Below, piece after piece: positions 43,753-50,610 of a stretch of 50,610 bases of DNA (its first letter is position 1; each line of letters begins with the position of its first letter). This stretch comes from a virus. Taxonomy: Duplodnaviria > Caudoviricetes. Position numbers and translations under genes: made by a program. Under the pieces are notes generated by a model. It searched no databases, was not told where the DNA came from, and worked only from the letters and a program-made list of their open reading frames with translations. The DNA lies in IMG/VR virus record IMGVR_UViG_3300020045_005352, positions 1 through 50,610 of that record; one strand, written 5' to 3'.

Positions 43753-44673
43753 TTAAGCTCCTGCACTATGGAAGAGCGAGTTTGGTTTATTGACCTCGAC
43801 TGAGAAACGGAAAGTTACTTTAAACTTCGCATCACCAGTTTCGAAATCACCATCCTGTGCAAACGTAGCTTTCCGACGAAGGTAAGCAATAATTCCACCG
43901 TTCCCGTGCGGAGGGTCGGCAACAAGCGTGAAGGCATCTGTGTCCGTAAGGAACGGAGATACCACAAGCTGAAGATTTTTCTCCTTGATGGTGTTGATGG
44001 AGTTATTAGCGGATTCAGGGTCGTAGGCAGAGTTCAGGAGTTCCTTGGCTTTCCAAGCGTTAGCTTGGTTCACCCAGATTTCCTTCGCCTTGATTATCTG
44101 AATCTTCCCTGTGTCGTCACGAGTATTCTCGAAGGTATCGAGAGCCGCCTGCAATGAGGTAGCCGAGAGGTCGGAAGCGGGAGTGAGAAGATTGTCCCAC
44201 GTGCCACCACGAAGTCTCGTCTTGCCTGTTGCAAAGATAGCCCCACCAAGACCGTCGGTATGAGTGGAGGTGCCAGTACCAGAGTTGATAATGTCATGCG
44301 TTAAGACTTCGAGAGTCTCATTCGTAGACGAACCAAGCTCTTTCATAATGGCTTCCATTTCGGTAGGGATTTCAGAGTAGAGAGAATCTTCGATGAGTTC
44401 CTCTGTAATCTTGACACCCAGACCGAAGGTACGATGGCTCCAACGTTTTGTTGGACCCTGTACCATATCATCATAGTCGATAGCTTGACCTTCAGGTTTA
44501 AACGGAACGAGGCCCAGACCTGCAAAGTAGGCGCCCTCCTCGAAGGCACGCTTACTATTTTTTACTTTGGCAATACGCTTCCAGAGCTGTTCGCTTGACT
44601 TTGGCTGATAGGCTTCAGACGCAAAGACGAACAAGCCAGGAACGACTGCCTTTTGAAAGGTAGATCGATTCAT
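43753..44673 (-). CDS. Major capsid protein (Mu gpT-like, HK97 fold)
   Basis: SKRAFEE..G.G....KPEG..I.YD..H.TFGLG..ITEELIED..DG..LSATSL..P.LTDTDAF..DFETG. Confidence 0.92.
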   Translation of the reverse strand: MNRSTFQKAVVPGLFVFASEAYQPKSSEQLWKRIAKVKNSKRAFEEGAYFAGLGLVPFKPEGQAIDYDDMVQGPTKRWSHRTFGLGVKITEELIEDSLYSEIPTEMEAIMKELGSSTNETLEVLTHDIINSGTGTSTHTDGLGGAIFATGKTRLRGGTWDNLLTPASDLSATSLQAALDTFENTRDDTGKIQIIKAKEIWVNQANAWKAKELLNSAYDPESANNSINTIKEKNLQLVVSPFLTDTDAFTLVADPPHGNGGIIAYLRRKATFAQDGDFETGDAKFKVTFRFSVEVNKPNSLFHSAGA

Positions 44674-44687
44674 GTCATGTTCTCCTA

Positions 44688-45332
44688 TTAACCAGGTAAG
44701 CCGATGGCCCCACCGGGACCAAGATTCAGCGGACCGTTCTGGTGAGAGTTAATTCTTACCACCCACTTACCGAAGTTGGCGGCTGTGTTCAAAGTACCGT
44801 CTTGATTGACACTGTCGTACAAGGCTACAAGGGAGAGAACTCCGCCTGTATCATTGGCAACAGTCGAGCTATCAAGAAGCACATTTGCGATACCAGTTGT
44901 GGCATTTCCATTGGTCGTAACAGCTGTCAGGTAGACGAAAGAAATTGTCTGACCGATAGACTGCACAGAACCAATAGCTGCACCACCCGTATCTGATTCA
45001 CAAACGTAAAGCTGATCGGGGTCGTCACACACGGCAACAAAAGCGTTGTTTCCAGAAGGAAGGAAGGGACCTCTCGTTGTAGAATTCTGCAACGTGTCCA
45101 TACCCCCGGGAAGAGCCGCTTTGTCGGCATCCAAGAAACCTAAAGTCACACCGAGAATACCAGACATATCAGCTACGGCCGCAACCTGCACCTGACCTGA
45201 ATTATTCAGGACAACAGGCTGGTAGCGGAACATATTGATAGCGGTATTGGCTCGGTAGTAGGTTACCCGAATATTACCGAAAGGTTGCCTAAGTGGCCGT
45301 AACCCCATTAGGGATTGTTCGTCATTAGCCAT
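44688..45332 (-). CDS. Capsid decoration/cement protein
   Basis: MAN...GLRP, V.DDPDQLY, VVRIN.H; directly upstream of the capsid gene. Confidence 0.7.
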   Translation of the reverse strand: MANDEQSLMGLRPLRQPFGNIRVTYYRANTAINMFRYQPVVLNNSGQVQVAAVADMSGILGVTLGFLDADKAALPGGMDTLQNSTTRGPFLPSGNNAFVAVCDDPDQLYVCESDTGGAAIGSVQSIGQTISFVYLTAVTTNGNATTGIANVLLDSSTVANDTGGVLSLVALYDSVNQDGTLNTAANFGKWVVRINSHQNGPLNLGPGGAIGLPG

Positions 45333-45346
45333 TTAGAACTCCTAGA

Positions 45347-46009
45347 TTATTGTTCAGTTTCTTTTATGTCGTTGTCGGGGGTGACAACTATGCCTCTGGG
45401 CTTTTCATTATCATTCTCGGCAGCCCCTAAGTCCGGTTTGTAGTAGTTTTCTCCCCTATCTTCCCAGTGGCGTAAGTCCTGCACTGGGATATTGCGAACT
45501 CGCTCACGGCTTATTTGGGCGGGGCGTAAGCGAATCTCTTCTGCACGCTTTCTAGGCATGAAGGCGAGAATTGCGTCACCACGTTCAATGGAGCCGTTTG
45601 CGGTAAATAAATGTTTGGGTAGAGTTTTGAATAGTACCCGATTGACGAATGACCAGCCGATTACGTCTAGGGCGTGGTCGATAGAACGTTTCTTTTTGTT
45701 GATCCAGCGGAAAGAGTATTGCTCGCCAAAGGCTTCGAGTTCTTTAGGGAGAGAAAGTATATGCCCCTTATTCTCGAAGTCCTGCATGACTTTAAGGTCA
45801 ACCTCTGCGGCAGTCTTAGGTTGTTCCTTCATGCGTTCGTGAAGGTAGGCGTCTGTTTCTGAGACTAGGACAAGAGGAGCTTGGGCTGGAGCTTCTTGTT
45901 TAATAGGTTCAGGGAGAGTGGCTACGGGAGCCTCAACTTCATGTTCAACTTCCTTCACCACTTCTTTTTCCGCAACCTTAGTGTTTCCCTTCATAAAAGG
46001 ATTAGCCAT
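45347..46009 (-). CDS. Conserved head-module protein
   Basis: FRWIN..GW..V..GDAILAFMP; GGAGG RBS before ATG 46009. Confidence 0.7.
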   Translation of the reverse strand: MANPFMKGNTKVAEKEVVKEVEHEVEAPVATLPEPIKQEAPAQAPLVLVSETDAYLHERMKEQPKTAAEVDLKVMQDFENKGHILSLPKELEAFGEQYSFRWINKKKRSIDHALDVIGWSFVNRVLFKTLPKHLFTANGSIERGDAILAFMPRKRAEEIRLRPAQISRERVRNIPVQDLRHWEDRGENYYKPDLGAAENDNEKPRGIVVTPDNDIKETEQ

Positions 46010-46010
46010 A

Positions 46011-46805
46011 TTAAACCTCCACTCCTTGTCTGCCACCAGCCGCTTGTTTCTTCAGCATGAGGGCGTAGTCTTCATAACGCATGTTGTGATTGTCGCAGAG
46101 TTCTTTTTGTTCTCTGGTTAAACTGATTTTGTTGGGAGAGCCAGCGCCATTGGAAGGTTTGGGAAGCGTTGTAGCTCCTGTTCTCACTTGGCGGTTTACT
46201 TCTTTCTCCACAGCTTTCCTAGAAACTTCATCAAGACGCCCCTCATCCCGAAGTTCATCTTCCATGTCACGCATAGCGAGGATTGGACCTCTATCATTGC
46301 GGAGGTAGTCTTGATTCTGATTGAGTATTCTCATGTATTTCTTGGCTATCTCGCTATCTTGGTCATTAATATCAGGATATTTGGCTAGAACCTTTTGTTT
46401 GGACTGTTCTAGTAAGGTAACTTTTTGCTGTTCTAATTTAGCTTGATAATCTTGCTGGATTTGAATCCTACGCTCTGCCTGGGCTTCCTCACGGGCAAGA
46501 GTGCGGACAGCTTGCTTCCAGTCTTTCTCGACCATTTCATCATAAGGGTCTTTAGCGCCATCCTGCTGAACCCTCTGTGGAGGTTGATATTGTAAAGCGT
46601 CCAACTTCTTAGATACTTCCTGAAACTGTCTCCCCATGTAGGAGAGTCCATTGAGTTGTTTCCTAATCTTCTCAAGGTCATCCACCGTTACATACTTCGG
46701 CTCAGAAGAAACTGGTGCAAGATTTATGGGCTTGTCTAAATCTACCTCAATGCCCTTATCCTGCGAGTCGTCTATAGCTACTTCTGGTTTTAAGTCATCT
46801 GCCAT
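46011..46805 (-). CDS. Scaffolding protein
   Basis: Acidic helical protein between portal and capsid; LTREQKE..M..EDYA C-terminus. Confidence 0.75.
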   Translation of the reverse strand: MADDLKPEVAIDDSQDKGIEVDLDKPINLAPVSSEPKYVTVDDLEKIRKQLNGLSYMGRQFQEVSKKLDALQYQPPQRVQQDGAKDPYDEMVEKDWKQAVRTLAREEAQAERRIQIQQDYQAKLEQQKVTLLEQSKQKVLAKYPDINDQDSEIAKKYMRILNQNQDYLRNDRGPILAMRDMEDELRDEGRLDEVSRKAVEKEVNRQVRTGATTLPKPSNGAGSPNKISLTREQKELCDNHNMRYEDYALMLKKQAAGGRQGVEV

Positions 46806-46814
46806 TTGTATCTC

Positions 46815-47072
46815 CTAATAGTTAGGGTTAACGTCTTCTCTCACATGAGAGAGTTTTTCTACTTCGCTTAATATATATTCTATACCGTCTACCTGACCCT
46901 GGTTGTAAGAGGCACGGTTAAAATCCTGTTGTCGGAGAAGGCTGGCTACTTCCGTTTTTCTGCGTAGTAAGAGCTTGCGCCAATGCTCCTCCAGTATTTT
47001 CCATCCCCTTGTTTGGGTCAGACTCCGGATTGCCTGGGTCTTTTCCACCAGCTCCGCTTGCTGAAGCTCCAC
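46815..47072 (-). CDS. Small conserved protein downstream of portal
   Basis: L..T.GWKIL..YNQG; AGGAGG RBS; overlaps the portal 3' end by 155 nt. Confidence 0.65.
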   Translation of the reverse strand: MELQQAELVEKTQAIRSLTQTRGWKILEEHWRKLLLRRKTEVASLLRQQDFNRASYNQGQVDGIEYILSEVEKLSHVREDVNPNY

Positions 47073-49203
47073 CTTTACCTCCTGGGTTCTGAATGAGTTT
47101 CATCATGGCTTGCATCATCATTTGGTGTTCTTGCATGTGTTGTTGGTTGTATTGGAGAATCTGCTGAACCAAGTTAGGGGCTGTAGCCTGGAGGAGTTTC
47201 AAGCTAGGAGACTGCATAAGCTCCATGTGCTTCTGCAAGTGGAGAATATGGTTCTCTGAGATATTTGCCTTGACCCTATCGAAGTCACCTTGCACCATGA
47301 GAGTATTCTCGTCCTCTGGGTCATCGATGTCATCGAGCTTGGGTTCAGGGCCGAGATACTCCACGGGGTCTTTGCCATAGGACTTAAGCAAGTCGGCAGT
47401 CACCTTGTAAATCTTAATCGGGTCAGTAGCGACAAGGACATTCTGAAGCAACAAGGAATACATCATCGTTGCCATTTGACGTTCTGTTTCCTTGGAACCC
47501 ATGGTGGGGTCGTTGAGAATGTAGGCGTCAAACTCTCCTGCTAGCCCTTCTGTGGTAAGCTCATTCTCAGGAAATATCATCTCACCCTTTTCACCGAGAA
47601 CTCTAGTCTCCATTCCAGGAGGGATGTTGAGCTGAATGAGGTCAAATATCTGGGTGACTATCTTGGCGGCTGAAACTTTGAGACGTTCAGAGGGGCGAGA
47701 GAATCTAACCTCTGCTGACTGCATGATAGCGTTGGTACGAGTGGCTGTACCTGAGCCTCCGACTATCTCTGATTCTCTACCCATGACGTAGCTTGACGCA
47801 GCCGTTAGGCGTTCCACATATTCCATGACTAGGCGTATGGCATTGAGTAGGCGGTCAGTATTAATGTCAAAAGGCGGGAAGTACACATTGCGACTTGGGT
47901 CAGTAACAGGAGTCATACGATTCGGAGCAATCTGGATTACTGGAGCATCCAAATCCCCCGAAGGGTCATAGAACCCAGGCTTTAAAACGGAGAGGGTGTT
48001 AGCATCTGTTAATTGGTTAAAGATGGCGTCGATTTCCTCAGCCAGTTCTTTCACTTGGTCTAATACACCCTCCCCGAATAGTTCATCGATGTGGTTGAGA
48101 TAGGAGCCGTACTTGGTGAACTCGATGGGGCGCTTGCCAGACTTGGTCACATCCTTCATGCGGACACCGCCCAGATATACATTATGCTCGGCAGATATCA
48201 TCATGCGGACTGAATCGTTGTAGCCTGAGCCATCTACGTCATAGTGACCGTACCAGCGGATAATTTTGACGGGGATGTTACGCATCTTGATTCGGCGTAT
48301 CTTCTCAAGTTCTATAGGGTCAGTAGCATTGGATGGATTCTTAATGATGATGTATTTGGACAACTCTTTCGTCACACCGATAGCTTGACCCCTCTTTTCC
48401 ATATCTTCTAAGTCTTTAAAGAGTATCTCTTCCTCGATTAACACGGGGTCAGTCTGAATATCTCTGGAACCCTTCATGAGGAGAACTGATTCCTTCTTAA
48501 GAATCCTCGTCTTAGTCCTCTCAATCCGCCTAATCTTCTTCTGCTTCTGAATGGCGGGCGTACCATCTTGATTGATAAGAGGCTGACCTGTGGCTTCATC
48601 AGTGATAGGTATCTCTTCCACATCTCCCATATCCCGCTCTTCCACTTCCCAACAAGATTCAACGAGAGTGTCTCCATACCCGCAAGTATGCTTGACCCAG
48701 TTATCAAAGAGTTCCCTCATGGGAGACCAGACTTTAATCCACCAGGACATTAGTTTCTCAATGCGCTCAACTCTGGGAGTATCGGTAATCTCACCTGGAC
48801 GCCAGCGGGTTAAGTCTTCATTCCAGACAGCGGAGAATAAACGAGAATGGAGCATTTCAAGGATGGCGGTACCGATGCGAAGGGAACGATTAGAGCAGAA
48901 TTTCCATGGGACTTCTTTAGCTTCCCTTTCACCTGTGTACAAGTCATTGATTCTCTTCATCCAAGCTTCGAAGTCTAGCTTCTCACCCTTGGCAGTAGAG
49001 CCGTAGTTACGGGAGTTTCTATCTTCCTTGGCTTTCTCATAGTCATCCTTGATGACTTGAACGAGTACATCTGCGAGTTCTTCATCAACGGGGATCTGAA
49101 CAGCCTTAAGAGCTATGTCCTTAAAGTTTATAGGTGGCTTCTGTTGGGGAGCTTCTTGAGGTACAGCCCCTCCCATCATCTCATCTTTAATCTCACGAGC
49201 CAT
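46918..49203 (-). CDS. Portal protein (podovirus-type)
   Basis: 761 aa; PWKFCSN, FGEG..N..D, TAT..MQ, H..H..H and a Q/M-rich tail; lies between terminase and scaffold. Confidence 0.9.
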   Translation of the reverse strand: MAREIKDEMMGGAVPQEAPQQKPPINFKDIALKAVQIPVDEELADVLVQVIKDDYEKAKEDRNSRNYGSTAKGEKLDFEAWMKRINDLYTGEREAKEVPWKFCSNRSLRIGTAILEMLHSRLFSAVWNEDLTRWRPGEITDTPRVERIEKLMSWWIKVWSPMRELFDNWVKHTCGYGDTLVESCWEVEERDMGDVEEIPITDEATGQPLINQDGTPAIQKQKKIRRIERTKTRILKKESVLLMKGSRDIQTDPVLIEEEILFKDLEDMEKRGQAIGVTKELSKYIIIKNPSNATDPIELEKIRRIKMRNIPVKIIRWYGHYDVDGSGYNDSVRMMISAEHNVYLGGVRMKDVTKSGKRPIEFTKYGSYLNHIDELFGEGVLDQVKELAEEIDAIFNQLTDANTLSVLKPGFYDPSGDLDAPVIQIAPNRMTPVTDPSRNVYFPPFDINTDRLLNAIRLVMEYVERLTAASSYVMGRESEIVGGSGTATRTNAIMQSAEVRFSRPSERLKVSAAKIVTQIFDLIQLNIPPGMETRVLGEKGEMIFPENELTTEGLAGEFDAYILNDPTMGSKETERQMATMMYSLLLQNVLVATDPIKIYKVTADLLKSYGKDPVEYLGPEPKLDDIDDPEDENTLMVQGDFDRVKANISENHILHLQKHMELMQSPSLKLLQATAPNLVQQILQYNQQHMQEHQMMMQAMMKLIQNPGGKGGASASGAGGKDPGNPESDPNKGMENTGGALAQALTTQKNGSSQPSPTTGF

Positions 49204-49204
49204 A

Positions 49205-49357
49205 TTACTTCCTCTTTTTAGATTTCTTTAAAACTGGTTCAGATTCTTTGATTTCAATAGGGGCAGTCAGCAATGACTGAATAGCCTCATTCAAAGCATC
49301 TAACTTCTGAGGAGCACCCCAATTTTGCCAATCATGAGAATCAATCTTGGGTAGCAT
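49205..49357 (-). CDS. Small hypothetical protein
   Basis: AAGGAG RBS then MLPKIDSHDW. Confidence 0.55.
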   Translation of the reverse strand: MLPKIDSHDWQNWGAPQKLDALNEAIQSLLTAPIEIKESEPVLKKSKKRK

Positions 49358-49521
49358 TAACTTTTCTCCTTTGAAGTTACTCCACTCTTTGCTTTGCCTT
49401 CCCAAGAAGTCTGGGGAGAATTCTTATTATTACCTGAAACTCCACTCGACTTATTAAACGTCTTACTCCCCTTTATCGTCCCCCGATTTCCCAGCTTCGA
49501 TTTGGACTCTGCCATTCCCAT
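49357..49521 (-). CDS. Small basic S/G/K-rich protein (54 aa)
   Basis: Read by hand: MGMAESKSK..KEKS*; AAGGAG RBS; TAATG overlap. Confidence 0.5.
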   Translation of the reverse strand: MGMAESKSKLGNRGTIKGSKTFNKSSGVSGNNKNSPQTSWEGKAKSGVTSKEKS

Positions 49522-50119
49522 TTTTAATCTCCTTGGCTATTTTCAGTTTACTGAGTAGAAACTTCTCCCGCTCGGCTAATTCCTCATCGGTCATACTGTT
49601 GTACTGCACATTCAAAATGTTGAACTGATTAAACTCATGCTTCTCAGTTTCTTTTCTTTGCTGCTCTGCGGCCATGACTATTTCTTTAACATTCTTGTTC
49701 TTTAGAGCTAATTTACTCGCCCTCTCTATCCTCTCTAATCTAACACGCTTGTAGTACCCTGCTACGGATTGACGCTCGGATTCAAATTCTTTGCGAGCTT
49801 TTTCTATGACAGGAATCCAGACTACAGACTTTTTGAAACCTTGGATTGTCTGTGTTGGATTTTGGAGTTTTAATTCAAACTCTTCCTCAAAGTCATGGGT
49901 GATTTCTACCGAGTTCATTTGGCGTCCAATACACTCGGCTATGAACATTTGTTGTTCGTGGGTGAACCTTTCATTTTTTTCCTTCACTCTTATTTTCTTA
50001 CTAGGAATTTCAGCGGGGAGGTTTTCAATAGGAGATTCAGGTTGTTCGACCTTAGCCTCTTCGACCACTTCCTTCTTCTTAAAAGGATTGATATTAGTAA
50101 GGAGCTGTTTCAAGTTCAT
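49463..50119 (-). CDS. Putative terminase small subunit (DUF2280-like)
   Basis: MFIAECI..EEEF..W....EKARKEF..KRVRLERI..EQQRKE, then SMTDEEL. Confidence 0.6.
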   Translation of the reverse strand: MNLKQLLTNINPFKKKEVVEEAKVEQPESPIENLPAEIPSKKIRVKEKNERFTHEQQMFIAECIGRQMNSVEITHDFEEEFELKLQNPTQTIQGFKKSVVWIPVIEKARKEFESERQSVAGYYKRVRLERIERASKLALKNKNVKEIVMAAEQQRKETEKHEFNQFNILNVQYNSMTDEELAEREKFLLSKLKIAKEIKNGNGRVQIEAGKSGDDKGE

Positions 50120-50610
50120 AGTGTTTACTCTCCATTTTTCCATGGGTGGGATTACTCATGCAGAGGTATCTGACACAATCAGCTCCGTGAGTATCCTTGT
50201 CTTTCGGTTTCTCTTTTGGGTCACGTTCTCCTGCAATCTTACCTATCCATTCTTCGTACTGATGGTTCTGGATGGAGTGAATGGTGAGGGGAGTCCTAAA
50301 CTTGTGGAAATATAGCTTGGGCTTATTGGTGAAAGAGATAGGTTCCCTCTTGTTATAGTGAAGATACTCCTTAACCTTGAGTCTACCTTCGTCCTTGGGG
50401 TCATCGCCTTCAGTCCACCCACCACATCCACATTTGGCTAATTCTTGAATGAAGTTTCTACCAGTAGTGATAAGAGGACTCCTACCAAAGTTAGGGTCAA
50501 TGAGACGCCGTCTCATGCGGTAGCCGTTGTCCTTCTCTACCTTCTTGATGAGGTTAGCCAGCTCCTGCACTGTACAATGGGTAGACAGCTCACTATGCAC
50601 AAATACATCA
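50094..50610 (-). CDS. terL: Terminase large subunit, C-terminal nuclease domain (5'-truncated by the window)
   Basis: IDP..G...VKEYL..KPKDKDTHGADCVRY. Confidence 0.88.
   Translation of the reverse strand, partial: DVFVHSELSTHCTVQELANLIKKVEKDNGYRMRRRLIDPNFGRSPLITTGRNFIQELAKCGCGGWTEGDDPKDEGRLKVKEYLHYNKREPISFTNKPKLYFHKFRTPLTIHSIQNHQYEEWIGKIAGERDPKEKPKDKDTHGADCVRYLCMSNPTHGKMESKHYELETAPY

Noticed and set aside
46918-47072. 155-nt portal overlap as a special overprinting system
   Set aside because: It covers the low-complexity portal tail and the small gene has its own AGGAGG RBS; ordinary phage compaction.
15757-50431. Many opposite-strand or alternate-frame ORFs in the track (e.g. 15757..16140, 19186..19635, 23704..24174, 48590..49006, 49791..50315)
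   Set aside because: They are shadows of well-supported genes, with no motifs, RBS or coupling. Only 34776..35321 was kept, because of its exact double overlap.

Overview
This window is most of a tailed dsDNA phage genome with a podovirus-like virion module and, judging by its TonB-dependent receptor, a diderm host. The left arm (about 0.4-15.6 kb, mostly + strand) holds early, replication and accessory genes: SleB-like hydrolase, RHH and Cro-like regulators, RepA/AAA_25-like helicase with nearby iteron-like repeats, PD-(D/E)XK exonuclease, Sak4-like ATPase, SSB, ERCC4 nuclease, a Tad1-family anti-defence sponge, a radical SAM enzyme, and a BtuB-like receptor behind a cobalamin riboswitch. 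The right arm (15.6-50.6 kb, - strand) runs from a truncated terminase large subunit through portal, scaffold, major capsid, tail and ejection proteins into a 13.4-kb glycan synthesis/modification cluster. No integrase, DNA polymerase, primase, canonical tRNA or CRISPR array was seen, but a dif-like XerC/D site lies at 97-124. The most unusual observations are: (1) a phage B12-uptake module together with B12-type radical SAM enzymes; (2) two ejection proteins sharing an N-terminal HExxH mini-domain next to an acyltransferase-like gene; (3) an antisense ORF that translationally bridges an inverted HNH insertion; (4) a candidate -1 frameshift extending a holin-like protein. All protein calls come from motif recognition by eye; no searches were run.
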